A DNA stretch of 64,000 nt from a virus. Below the pieces are notes generated by a model. The model was not told where the DNA came from, ran no database searches, and worked only from the letters and a program-made list of their open reading frames with translations. Below, one piece after another: positions 52,283-62,818 of the stretch. Position numbers and translations under genes: made by a program. The stretch is taken from positions 1 to 64,000 of IMG/VR virus record IMGVR_UViG_3300025030_000051. The stretch is one strand, 5' to 3'. The stretch's first letter is position 1; each line of letters opens with the position of its first letter.

Positions 52283-52777
52283 TCATATAAAATCTGCATT
52301 TTTAATATATTCATCAAAATCTTCTTGACTGTAAGTTTCTTTAATATCTTTTTTATATATAATTTTAGCAGGATTACCATAAGCAATTGCATTATTAGGG
52401 ACATCTTTAGTAACAACTGAACCGGCGCCTATTATTGCACTATTACCAATGTTTACAGGCAATAAAGTTACTCCACTTCCAATTCTTACATTATTACCAA
52501 CTTTTGTTTTTCTCAATATCCAATTTTCTTTATTTTCTTTAAATAAATCATTAGTAAATGCACACAAATGTGAAATAAAACAGTCATCACCAATTTCTAC
52601 ACCCTCACAAATGAAAGTATGAGAACTTATTCTTGTTCTGTTTCCTATTTTTACATTTTTCTGAATTTCAACAAAGGGACCTATTAAGCAATTTTCTCCT
52701 ATTTCACAGTCATATAAATTAACTTGATCTAAATTTATTATTTTAGTATTTTTGCCTATTTTACAATTAGTTATCAT
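52283..52777 (-). CDS. sugar N-acetyltransferase (WbpD/WlbB-like, hexapeptide repeat)
   Basis: IGPFVEIQKNVKIG, FTND, GAGSVVTKDVP, GNPA. Confidence 0.85.
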   Translation of the reverse strand: MITNCKIGKNTKIINLDQVNLYDCEIGENCLIGPFVEIQKNVKIGNRTRISSHTFICEGVEIGDDCFISHLCAFTNDLFKENKENWILRKTKVGNNVRIGSGVTLLPVNIGNSAIIGAGSVVTKDVPNNAIAYGNPAKIIYKKDIKETYSQEDFDEYIKNADFI

Positions 52778-52780
52778 TTT

Positions 52781-53224
52781 TTATTTTCTCTTTAGAGTTA
52801 AACTTTCTGAATCGTATTCAAATTCTTGTGACAATGAAATTGTAGATGATTCTTTTTTCTCTATTTTTTCTATTTGTTTTATATTTTCTTTTCTAATCAT
52901 TTGAAAGTTAGCTTCATAACGTCTTTCGCTTGCAAAATCGAATGTTGATTTAAGATATCTATATGCATCTCTACTTATTTTTCCTTTTAATGGAATGCAA
53001 TAGCCTACACAAGTCTGATAGTGTAATTCACCATCTATGTCTCTTGTCAAATAATACAAATCGTCATCACCAATATTAAATCCCTCTAATATTTCAAGCT
53101 TATCATACAGTGTGTAAACAATAGTATTAAGATATTTCTTAACGAATCTTCTACAAAGCTTAGTGTTTGTTTGACGAAAAACTTTATAGATTAAAAAGTG
53201 TCTTACTATATAATATAGTTTCAT
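52781..53224 (-). CDS. hypothetical protein
   Basis: ORF track. Confidence 0.55.
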   Translation of the reverse strand: MKLYYIVRHFLIYKVFRQTNTKLCRRFVKKYLNTIVYTLYDKLEILEGFNIGDDDLYYLTRDIDGELHYQTCVGYCIPLKGKISRDAYRYLKSTFDFASERRYEANFQMIRKENIKQIEKIEKKESSTISLSQEFEYDSESLTLKRK

Positions 53225-53455
53225 TTCAATATTTTTTTCACTAATTTAACTATTTTAGGATCTTCAAAGTTTTTAATACCATACAATTTTATATTAGATA
53301 ACTTAAGCTTAATATTAGTTTTATCTTTTATTTTTTTTGCTAAATCTATAATATTTTTATTATCTTTTTCCTTCCAGTCAGTTGTAATATCAACACAACT
53401 AGAAAATATTAAAGATTCTAAAATATACTGTAGATCTTCTTCATTTATGTCTATC

Positions 53456-54436
53456 TTATATGTTTTCATATTCTAATATCTCATTAAATTTTTCAATAAA
53501 TTTTTCTTCTGTATATAATTTTTCATAATTATAACGAGTCAATACAGAACACTCGTCATAAAAATCTTTATCATTTACTAATTCATAAGCAACACATCTA
53601 GCTGAATCTAAATCACCCTCTTTTAATGATAAAGAACTGTGGTGTAGTTTTCTTTGAGTATCACAATTTTCATAACCAATACAAGGTAATGATAGAAATG
53701 AACAGTTAAGAGCAAATGTGCCTGCTGCATATACTCTCATCAAATGAATTCCATAAGACATTTTTCTTAAACTCATCATCCAATCATACCAAGGCACGTA
53801 TTGAAGATATTTGATGTCCATAATATTATCTTCACCTAATTTCTTCCTTCCCATTGATGGAGCAAAAATTTGAATGTTCATTTCTTTAGCAATTACATAA
53901 CTGTCTATTCCTGAATACCACTGACAAATCGTACCACCGAGCATCACAGCTTCTTGTCTTGTAAAAATATCATCTGAATTTATTAAATCAGTTATCATTA
54001 AGCTTTGTAGAACATAAACATTTTTTCCAGTTAAACCATAAAAATATGAAACATCACAATCATTATGACAAAATAAGAAATCAGCATCCATTAAAATTTT
54101 TATATATTCAAATTGATGTTGTATTGATGAATCTTGAAAATATTCTTGATTAGCTTCTTGCATAATAGCTATTTTTTTACAGTATTTTCTAATATTTTCA
54201 TTTATGTGTTTTCTTAATATAGGTATTGCATTAAAATTTAATACAAACCATTTTTTTGGAATTATAATTATTCCTAAATCAAAGTTTTCTTGTATTTTTT
54301 CTTCATATAATGGAATGTGTACAGCATTTAAAGCACATATCCATGCACAGTCCGTCCTCATATTGGAAAAATTTCTTGGTATTTTACTATAATAATTACC
54401 TTCGGTAAAAAATGCTATTTTTTTATTTTGTAACAA
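53456..54436 (-). CDS. putative GT-B glycosyltransferase
   Basis: IAFFTE, NMRTD.AW, AAGTFALNC...PCIGY; cluster context. Confidence 0.55.
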   Translation of the reverse strand: MLQNKKIAFFTEGNYYSKIPRNFSNMRTDCAWICALNAVHIPLYEEKIQENFDLGIIIIPKKWFVLNFNAIPILRKHINENIRKYCKKIAIMQEANQEYFQDSSIQHQFEYIKILMDADFLFCHNDCDVSYFYGLTGKNVYVLQSLMITDLINSDDIFTRQEAVMLGGTICQWYSGIDSYVIAKEMNIQIFAPSMGRKKLGEDNIMDIKYLQYVPWYDWMMSLRKMSYGIHLMRVYAAGTFALNCSFLSLPCIGYENCDTQRKLHHSSLSLKEGDLDSARCVAYELVNDKDFYDECSVLTRYNYEKLYTEEKFIEKFNEILEYENI

Positions 54437-54576
54437 AATTTATAATCCTATTTGTGATGAATATTTTTTTAACATCGTACAAATCTATTTTTATTTTTTC
54501 TAAAGAAGATTTGATTAAGTCAAAATTCCATTCGTGACTATAATTATTTTTTATTATAACTTCTATTATTTCTTCT

Positions 54577-55068
54577 TTATTTTTCATTCAATTTTTTTTC
54601 TAAATATTCAAAGGATTTCATAAAAGCTTCTTGTTCTGCCTCGAATCTAGACTTAATATTTTCTCTTTCTATTCCCAAATAACCGCTTTCATTTTGTAAT
54701 TTATAATTCCAAGTATTTAAATATTTTCTTTCTTCGACATCACGAATTAATTCGTAATCTTTATCAATTATTATAAAAATATTATTATCATCAAAGAAAC
54801 TGTAGTTAAAAGCCGAATAAGAAAATTCACACATAGTTTCTTTAGATATATTTACTCCTGTTCTTTTCCACCAATTTAAACAACGTTCAAATGATTTTGG
54901 ATATTTTTGTTTTATTATATCAAAATTTAACTTAATTGTTTTATTTTTCTTTATCTCATTTAATTTTTCTAATGTTGACATTTCAACGTCACTAAGTTCA
55001 CAATCATAATTTTCAAGCAAATCGGCTTTTAACTTATAAAAATCAATGTAATATTGTTTTTCTTTCAT
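54577..55068 (-). CDS. hypothetical protein
   Basis: ORF track. Confidence 0.55.
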   Translation of the reverse strand: MKEKQYYIDFYKLKADLLENYDCELSDVEMSTLEKLNEIKKNKTIKLNFDIIKQKYPKSFERCLNWWKRTGVNISKETMCEFSYSAFNYSFFDDNNIFIIIDKDYELIRDVEERKYLNTWNYKLQNESGYLGIERENIKSRFEAEQEAFMKSFEYLEKKLNEK

Positions 55069-55242
55069 ATCATTTTAATATTTAAAATTAAAGAACTAAC
55101 TTTTACATAATTGTTTATTTCTGGTAAAAATATTTCTATACTAGCACCATCAAGAGGCTTTTTAGAAATATAGCAAATATTTTTTTCCTTACAATATTTA
55201 GCTCTTTCAATTATTTCTTTAGCTGTTAATGCTTTTTTCAAG

Positions 55243-55893
55243 TTATCTCACTATTTTTGAATACATTTCATTCTGTTTTATCTGTTTCTCAAGACTTTTT
55301 TCATGATATAAAGCAAATTCTAATTTGAATGGTAAATTAGTTTCAGTTTCATGACCTAATATTATTTCATGTACTGAGCCGTACCAACATATTCTTTTAG
55401 TATTTTTAAAAATTCTGCCTTGTTTGTCTGGCCAATTATTTACTAAATCATTATAACCATCTAATTTTGTCATTCTCCACCCCCATTTTTTAATCCATTC
55501 ACTTGTAATTCCCTTGACAATATTTGTTCTTGGAATCCAGAATAGTTCTATATCTTTATTTGCTTCTAATATTGTCTTTAAATTTTCTAATAAGTAAGAT
55601 GATGGAATTTCGTCACAATCTATTTGAAAAATCCAATCTTTTGTACATTTATTCTTGCCAAAATTTTTAAATGAAGCAAAATCATTATTAAGAGAATAGT
55701 TATAATATAACAATTTTTTTGTATTAAGTAAACCATATTTATATACTTCATCATCTTTTATTTTATCAGACTCTATATCTTGAAGCACAATTATTTCATC
55801 TTCTTCATCTTTTTTAGACAATAGATAAGAAATTAATTTCTTAATTTCTTGTAGTTCATCATGCACTGTAACTAAAAAACTAACTGTCACCAT
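55243..55893 (-). CDS. glycosyltransferase family 2
   Basis: DFASFKN, IDCDE, PD.Q.R, VHE. Confidence 0.85.
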   Translation of the reverse strand: MVTVSFLVTVHDELQEIKKLISYLLSKKDEEDEIIVLQDIESDKIKDDEVYKYGLLNTKKLLYYNYSLNNDFASFKNFGKNKCTKDWIFQIDCDEIPSSYLLENLKTILEANKDIELFWIPRTNIVKGITSEWIKKWGWRMTKLDGYNDLVNNWPDKQGRIFKNTKRICWYGSVHEIILGHETETNLPFKLEFALYHEKSLEKQIKQNEMYSKIVR

Positions 55894-56071
55894 CTATATC
55901 TATTAAATTCGTCATTTATTAAATAATTTTTTATTGATATGTTAAAAGTAAAATTAAAATTTCTAAGTGAACCATCACTAAATCCATCAATTTTATTATT
56001 TAAATCGTAAAATATTTTAACCCAAATCTTACTACAGATATTAAAAAAAGTTAAATCAATGTTGTTTTTTT

Positions 56072-56515
56072 TCATTTCACAAAGAAATTATAAGCAACCA
56101 ATCTCAAGCTATGGATGTCTTCATATTTATATGTTCTGTAATGTATGTTTTTATGAGTATCTAAATAATGACGCATTCTTATTCTGTAAAACGACTCTGG
56201 CGTCTGGGATTCAGTAGACAGCTTTCTTAACGCAGGAACAAATTTATCTGGTTCGTCTGTTTCCACTTCTTTTACTTCTTGTATGACAAATTTCCTGAAA
56301 GTATTTACATCTTCTAACGTCATATAGTCTAATACTATTGAATGTAGTAGATTATTAAATCTTGGATTTAATACTATTAATGTTGGATGTTTATTGTTCT
56401 CTGATTTTGGATAGTAAAAAGTTATAATCTGGCCTATTTTTATTGATGCCCTTCTAATAGGAATGTAGCCCGTTATTCTTTTTTCTATGTGTGTTAAAAT
56501 ATAATTACGAGGCAT
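56072..56515 (-). CDS. conserved phage protein
   Basis: GQII.FYY...YRTY pattern. Confidence 0.55.
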   Translation of the reverse strand: MPRNYILTHIEKRITGYIPIRRASIKIGQIITFYYPKSENNKHPTLIVLNPRFNNLLHSIVLDYMTLEDVNTFRKFVIQEVKEVETDEPDKFVPALRKLSTESQTPESFYRIRMRHYLDTHKNIHYRTYKYEDIHSLRLVAYNFFVK

Positions 56516-56891
56516 AAATAATTTTTCAAAAGTTATATTTTTTTAATAAATTTAGACTCAATTAATTTTTTAAATAATTTTTTAGCATCTTTAAGTGCTA
56601 ATTTTACATTCCTATGTGGTTGTTTACAAGATATATTTCCTTGAATAATTCCTATCCACTTTTGTTGTTTTGAATAGTCAAAAGTATTTAAGTTAATTGC
56701 TGCATAACCCTTTATAATATTTATCATATCTTCACTTTAAGACTTTTAAATTTGATTTCAAATAATTGTATTGCTCTCCACATTACTATTTCCAAATTTG
56801 TAATTTTTATAGAAGAAAAATCTGTTATTTCTATGTTGAGTAGTTTTTGATAAAGAGTCCACTTAATTTCTTTCATAATGTAAGTTATTAA

Positions 56892-57152
56892 TCAGTCTTT
56901 CATAATCTTTCTGTCTATATAAATAATTAAATCATCTAACTCTTCTTTTCTTTTTACAATCTTATTCTTATAAATTTTTAGTTGTTTTTTATTCATTCTA
57001 TCTATAAACATAAAATTTAATGAATTTTTCTTAAATCTTTTTTGTTTTTTTAATTCTGATTGTTCAAATTCATTCCAAGTATTTTTTAAATTAGAAAAAT
57101 CAAAAATTTTATTTTCAATATTTATATTAGGATCAATAATGCCTTTTTTCAT
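56892..57152 (-). CDS. hypothetical protein with degenerate paralog at 63745-63864
   Basis: FIDRMNKKQLK.YK.KIV.RKEEL.DLI.Y vs FIDNMSKKELK.YR.KIV.RKEDL.DLI.Y. Confidence 0.55.
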   Translation of the reverse strand: MKKGIIDPNINIENKIFDFSNLKNTWNEFEQSELKKQKRFKKNSLNFMFIDRMNKKQLKIYKNKIVKRKEELDDLIIYIDRKIMKD

Positions 57153-57156
57153 GTAA

Positions 57157-57612
57157 TTACTCTATTTCCAAATCTTGAGATACATTTCCCATTTTTTTAC
57201 ATGCATCTATAAACCTATACTTATCAAATTTTTCACTTAAGTCAACTGCAAACCTTTGAGTGTATTCATCTCCATAATTGTTTTTTTCACTTTCATTTAT
57301 TTCAATAATAGGGGTGTATACCCATTTCCAGTCTTCCTTTATCCCTTCTGGATAGATAGATCCCCTTGTGCTTATTAACACAATTGGAAACCAGTGCAAC
57401 CCCCTGTCTTCATCATATAAACTCAAATCTAAAATCAACTGTGAAACGTTGTTCATTGATTTAATCAACTCACCAGTCTTAAAATTACTGTTTGTAGTAA
57501 AGCCACATTTTAAGCACAAATATGAATATATGTTATCACCAAGATCTTTTGAAAGTTCTGTTTTAATTACGTTTTTAGTATTACAATTTATACAAATTTC
57601 TTTTTGTTCCAC
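57157..57612 (-). CDS. conserved phage zinc-ribbon protein
   Basis: CINC, CLKCGFTTN, WFP, YPEG..W.W. Confidence 0.65.
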   Translation of the reverse strand: MEQKEICINCNTKNVIKTELSKDLGDNIYSYLCLKCGFTTNSNFKTGELIKSMNNVSQLILDLSLYDEDRGLHWFPIVLISTRGSIYPEGIKEDWKWVYTPIIEINESEKNNYGDEYTQRFAVDLSEKFDKYRFIDACKKMGNVSQDLEIE

Positions 57613-57774
57613 TATTCATTCCTATTATAAAATCTTTTTGCTTCATTATAGCCTTCTAAAAGAAAGACAGAAAATGCAGCTATAGATAAACTTGGATAAA
57701 ATAAAAATAAAATGATTATTGATCTATATATTATCAACAAATATTTTTTTATTTTTAAATATATTTTTAATCTT

Positions 57775-58002
57775 TTATCCATGGAGTATCTCTTTATATC
57801 GTTCAAATTGAGATTTAAACAACTCATCTGTATATAATAATTGTTCTCCGTCTTCATCTATTACTATCCAATCGTTTTTATTTGCTTTTACTTCAGTCAG
57901 AGTTTTACCGCCTTCTGTAAGTAAGATAACCTTTCTATCAGAAATAACTTGATTGGCTATTACTAGATTATTACTTAATTTTTTTTTATATTTTTCGTTC
58001 AT
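57775..58002 (-). CDS. hypothetical protein
   Basis: ORF track; ATGA overlap with upstream gene. Confidence 0.5.
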   Translation of the reverse strand: MNEKYKKKLSNNLVIANQVISDRKVILLTEGGKTLTEVKANKNDWIVIDEDGEQLLYTDELFKSQFERYKEILHG

Positions 58003-59336
58003 TTATCTTCTCCAATCTTTTTCAATTTAGGCAAAACTGGTAAGGCAATATTTTCATTAGTACGTTTTAATTTTGGTAATGGAGGAAGTACTATATCTTT
58101 AGTTTCTGGAAACTTAGGGACGTTTTCTTCCATTATTTTATCTAATTCTTCTATCATTTTATCGAATGAAAACTTTTCTTTGTTTTGTTGAGCTAACAAC
58201 CTTGCGTTTGGTAAAAATGTTTGATATCTTTTCCAAACGTCTACCATAACTTGAGAGGCAAATGAATAGTTTATATTGAACCAACTAGAGTTTGGTTCAA
58301 TTACTCCATTCCAAACAGCAGAAGGATGAACCTGCTTAATTTCACCAGGTAACAATAATACTAATTCTTTCGGCAAAAAATCAACATGTCCAGACCATCC
58401 ACTGACCATAATAGGCTTTTCGCTTAAACTTGCTTCAAGCAGAGGCCTACCAAAGCCCTCTCCTTTTGTAAAGCTAACGTGTATTTTTATCTTAGAATGA
58501 TTATATAGTCCATTCATATCTTCAGAAGACAGATCGCCAAATAATAAATAAATATTTGGCAAATCACCCTTTATATCCTTTTTTATTGCTTCAATTTTTC
58601 TAATAGTATCAAGTCTGTCAATATAAGAAAATGTATTTCCAGTTTTTAATAATAAAGCAGGTTTATTAGGCTTATTTTTAAACGTTTCTAAAAATGTCTT
58701 AATCAACATTCCCACATCTTTTCTATCAGCTCCAAGTCCTCCTTGTAGCCAATGGCCTACAAATAAGAAAACAAAATCTTCTTTTATTTTATTTAATTCG
58801 TGCCTAATTTTAGTCTGAATATTTTCAGTTTTATAAAAAATAGAAGTATCAACACCCTCAAATAAAACATGAATTGGTTTAGTACAACTCAAATTACCAA
58901 TAACCTGCTTTGTAACATTATCTTGCTGAGTATATTTTGTATTAACAAAAACGTTCTTAGCAAAAATAGAAGGAACAATATTGAAGTTCATTCTGTTCAG
59001 TCCTTCAATCCAAGCTGGGGAACATATTGTCGTCTCAATACCGGCTGTAATGCCTATATTAAACATTGCTATTTGTTGAAACTCATTTGGAACTGATAGT
59101 TGTATAGAAATTTCTGGTTTTTTTGGTAAATTAGGAGTTGGAATTATTTTAGATATAATTTCATCATCAATGCCCTTTTTTAAAGCAGACCTGGGGAGTG
59201 TTCCCCAACGAATAGATAAAATTTTAATATCATATTTATCTATTTTTAAAAGAGAATTAACTATTGATTTAGAATGTTCGCCATAACCTGAACGGGAATC
59301 AACAGGACCAATAAACAATAAAGTTGGTTTACTCAT
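57999..59336 (-). CDS. glycosyltransferase family 4
   Basis: SRSGYG, FLFVGHW, RKDV, KGEGFGRPLLEA. Confidence 0.9.
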   Translation of the reverse strand: MSKPTLLFIGPVDSRSGYGEHSKSIVNSLLKIDKYDIKILSIRWGTLPRSALKKGIDDEIISKIIPTPNLPKKPEISIQLSVPNEFQQIAMFNIGITAGIETTICSPAWIEGLNRMNFNIVPSIFAKNVFVNTKYTQQDNVTKQVIGNLSCTKPIHVLFEGVDTSIFYKTENIQTKIRHELNKIKEDFVFLFVGHWLQGGLGADRKDVGMLIKTFLETFKNKPNKPALLLKTGNTFSYIDRLDTIRKIEAIKKDIKGDLPNIYLLFGDLSSEDMNGLYNHSKIKIHVSFTKGEGFGRPLLEASLSEKPIMVSGWSGHVDFLPKELVLLLPGEIKQVHPSAVWNGVIEPNSSWFNINYSFASQVMVDVWKRYQTFLPNARLLAQQNKEKFSFDKMIEELDKIMEENVPKFPETKDIVLPPLPKLKRTNENIALPVLPKLKKIGEDK

Positions 59337-59666
59337 TATTAATTCCAGTCAAGAAAAATTTTTGTCTAATTCGCAAAAAATCACATTTTAAAAATTTTTT
59401 TATTTCATTTTGTCGCCTAACATCTAATATTTTCATTTTAATCTCTAACTAAAATTGACTGTTTTTCATACAATTTTAATAATGTATTGTCAAAAATATT
59501 TCTATTCATTAGACTCCATTATTTATCATATACTGCATTATAAATGAATATATTCTATTCTTAAAAATAATACTTTTATATTCTTCAAGAAATAATTTAG
59601 CAATAAAATTTAATTTAAAAGAAATGTTTTCATTTATACTATTTAATAATTGTTTTCTTAGTAACA

Positions 59667-61145
59667 TCATATATGTATCAACTCATATCTTTCTCTCGGT
59701 TTAAATTCTTCAAAGCACCTTTCCATATCCTGAATAAATCTTCTGCACATTTCAGATGCCTCCATACCTACTTCTTTTTTGAGCATAAATTCCCTTCCCA
59801 ATAAACCGTATTCCTTTCTCTTTTCATATCCTAAATTATACAGATATAATAGTCCTTCAGCTGCATCTTCCCATTTTGCCCTATCGTCAAAAATATATGG
59901 AGTTGGTGGTGAACCAACTAAACCCCTTGCTGCTGGGAATAATGGAAAAGCCCACTTACCACATTTTTTGAATCTACCATCATGATTACTACCCCATTTC
60001 TTGTCAAACTTAATTGGATTCCCTTCATCATCTACAAATCCCATCTGATCTTGAAGTCCACCAGTAACTGTTGCTAAAATAGGAGTTCCACTCATTAATG
60101 ATTCCGCTGTTGCTAGACCAAACCCTTCAGCACTTGCTAAGTTTATCGTAACATCAGAAATGTTATATAAATAGTTCAATTGAAACGATGGTAATCTTGC
60201 ATCATAATAAATAATATCATAATCCTTACACAATTCATTACCGACCTCTGGTAAATCTGTTCCGTTAGGATCAACTAATTGAGTATGCATTATCAACACG
60301 CATTTTTTTGCATTTTCTTTTGATAATTGATCACAAAACAATTTAAATGCCAAAATTACATCACCTGGAGATTTTCTTTTAATATTTCTATTATTATATA
60401 AAATTATAAAATTATAATCTTTATCACCAAAAATATCTTTCCTATATTTAATCATCCCTTCGTAATCATTCTTTAATTCCTTAACTCCATTGTTATCAAA
60501 TTCACGAACAATTCCTTGCTCTAATTCTGTAATTGGAAAATGGTTTTTTGAATTAATACCGTGTGGGATATAAGTAATTATTCTTTTGTCTGAACCTAAA
60601 ACATTATTAACAATATTTTCAGTCTGTTTACTGATACACATTAATAGATCACATCCCTGATAATAGGAACGATTATAAGTTGGATTGGGAACGTTATCCC
60701 AAACTGTATAAAAAAACAATGGTATTTTTTGTCTTATTTCGTGTTCCATATTAAACATCCAAATAAACTGTCGCGGATCTGTATACATCATTACTGCATC
60801 AATATTTAATTCTTCAATTAACGAACGAATTAAATCTGGATCTCCATAACCATCATTTGGTTGAATGACAACCTTTGCATCTGTTATTCCTAATGTAGCA
60901 TTTACATCTTGAGAAACATCTATACGTTTACCTTTATCTGGATGATTTATGGCAGCGCCAATTTGAAAAAAATTAAACCTATGAGCTGTACCCATTACAA
61001 TTTCTTTTGATACTACACCTACACCTGATGATAATCTTAGCTATAGGTCATCTGATAATAGAAGAATATTTTTACGATCTTTTTGTTGAACGTATTCATA
61101 TTCATTTATTATCAAACGACCTATAGTACCTCCATTCTCTATCAT
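59667..61145 (-). CDS. glycosyltransferase family 4; full gene interrupted by in-frame CTA-TAG-CTA (61038-61046)
   Basis: GGAG RBS + ATG 61145; RKNILLLSDDL*LRLSSGVGVVSKEIV in frame with ORF 59667..60995; NRNIKRK, EGFGLA..E. Confidence 0.88.
61041..61126 (-). other. long mRNA hairpin ending exactly on the UAG; candidate bypass stimulator
   Basis: CUAUAGGUCGUUUGAUAAUAAAUGAAUAU pairs with AUAUUCUUCUAUUAUCAGAUGACCUAUAG: 27 of 29 positions, first 20 contiguous (2 G-U). Confidence 0.85.
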
Positions 61146-61293
61146 TTTTTACTCCAATATAAATTGTTATAAACACTTTTTTGATTATCAAAAATCATCG
61201 AATAGTTATAACCATTATTTATTACACCTTATTTTTTAAGTAATAAATTTTTTTCATTTTTATTAAAAGTCCACATTGATTTGACTTCTACAA

Positions 61294-61494
61294 TTAAATC
61301 ATATTATTTAATGCATCATCTATCAGTTTTTCCAACATATCATCATAAGTAAAAAAAATATCATGTGGTCCAGTTCCATGTAAGTTAGATATTAATTGAC
61401 AAAGTCTGATATCATATTGTTTTTCATATAATTTTAAAAGTTTTTCAATTAAACGTTTTTTATCTTCTGGATCTCTATAATTTATATATTTCAT
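61294..61494 (-). CDS. conserved phage protein
   Basis: RDPE..KRLI...DIRLCQL...DIFF. Confidence 0.6.
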   Translation of the reverse strand: MKYINYRDPEDKKRLIEKLLKLYEKQYDIRLCQLISNLHGTGPHDIFFTYDDMLEKLIDDALNNMI

Positions 61495-61676
61495 AATAAA
61501 CTTCCGCTTATTTGTAAATAATTTATTTTATTAACAATTTTATCCCTAAATTGAGATTCACTTAGAAAAAATTTTATACAAGTATCAACAAAATTTGTCA
61601 AATTAATCTTATTATTAAAACAATCAACTTTAAATTCTTTGTATTGACTTTCTTCTAAATTTATAGATGTAAGCAA
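61491..61676 (-). CDS. RHH-like small DNA-binding protein
   Basis: LTSINL...YKEFKVDC...LTNFVD.CI. Confidence 0.55.
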   Translation of the reverse strand: MLTSINLEESQYKEFKVDCFNNKINLTNFVDTCIKFFLSESQFRDKIVNKINYLQISGSLL

Positions 61677-61850
61677 AATAGACCCATTATTTCTTTAATG
61701 AATTAAGAAGTTCTTTTTTAACATATATGACTATAGAAGAATAAATATTTCCCCCAAGCCCAAGCGCATAATCAAAACCTTCAATTTCAGAACAAAGATT
61801 GAAAATTTTCTTGTAAATGTACCAGGTAATTTGTTTTTTATTCACTTATG

Positions 61851-61861
61851 ATATAAATATA
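61851..61861 (-). promoter_or_regulatory. TATATTTATAT putative phage-specific promoter
   Basis: Identical 11-mer at 10966-10976 and 15221-15231, each at the 5' end of an ORF or structured RNA. Confidence 0.5.
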
Positions 61862-61913
61862 ATGAAAATTTCATTTAATTTTTTGTTACTCAATTTTTCA
61901 ACTTTGACACTTT

Positions 61914-62303
61914 TTAACATATAATAATTTCTTTATTCAACTTATTAGCCATTTCTATTAAAATATGTTTCTTGTCTTCATTGTTTTCTATAAAGAATAC
62001 TATCTTCTCACAGTACTTTATATAGTTGTTATAAGTAGCGAATATATGTTTTTTACTGAATTTTTTACCAAATTTATATCTTTCTTCGGCACAATAACTG
62101 TTCCAGTGTTTATAATATGGAATAAATTCTTTATAATTTAATTCAAAATTCAAAGAAAATTTTTTGACAAACTTATCTGTTCCGTTTTCATTATCTAAAC
62201 CTACTATTTCAGTTTCTGGATGTTCCTTTTTTATCTTCCACAATAGATCCTGTATCTTTAGCTTTTGAGTGAAAAATTTGCTTCCTGTAATTCCTATTTT
62301 CAT
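61914..62303 (-). CDS. SLOG / DUF2493-like protein
   Basis: IGITGS, IVG...GTD, N.YIKYC...VFF. Confidence 0.55.
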   Translation of the reverse strand: MKIGITGSKFFTQKLKIQDLLWKIKKEHPETEIVGLDNENGTDKFVKKFSLNFELNYKEFIPYYKHWNSYCAEERYKFGKKFSKKHIFATYNNYIKYCEKIVFFIENNEDKKHILIEMANKLNKEIIIC

Positions 62304-62661
62304 CCTTTTCCAAGCTTGATTTAATTAAATTGTAAAATTGAAATACTGAATTAATAAATGAATTTGAGTCATCATAATATATTTTAAACCTGCACGGATT
62401 ATTATAATTCTTTATCGATATGTCAGCAAAAAAATGGATGTTTAATAATGGCTTATCGTGTAAGGTTATATTTCTTTTTTTACACATGTTTAAAATTTCT
62501 TCAATTTTAACCTTATCTTTTATATCATGCCATAAAAAGAATTCTAATACAATATTCTTATGCAAATTTGAAAAATACTCTATGGAATTAAAAAAAGTGT
62601 CTAAATCAGGCAGTGTATATTCTGACAACTGTATTCTAACATTAAAATGGTTTTTTTTCAA
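62209..62661 (-). CDS. hypothetical protein
   Basis: ORF track. Confidence 0.5.
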   Translation of the reverse strand: MKKNHFNVRIQLSEYTLPDLDTFFNSIEYFSNLHKNIVLEFFLWHDIKDKVKIEEILNMCKKRNITLHDKPLLNIHFFADISIKNYNNPCRFKIYYDDSNSFINSVFQFYNLIKSSLEKDENRNYRKQIFHSKAKDTGSIVEDKKGTSRN

Positions 62662-62818
62662 AATTATTTAAAAAATCTTTTAATTATTAATTCAACTAAT
62701 TCTAATTTTTGTTTTGTTATTAACATAATTGTACTATTTTTAGCACTTTCTTTCACATCAAAGAATTTTTTGTTTAAATGTTCAAGCGCTTTGTTTAATA
62801 TTATTCTATCTTTTTTAA

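Noticed and set aside
61038-61046. Self-splicing intron or intein in the GT4 gene
   Set aside because: Only 6 extra nt; no room for a catalytic core.
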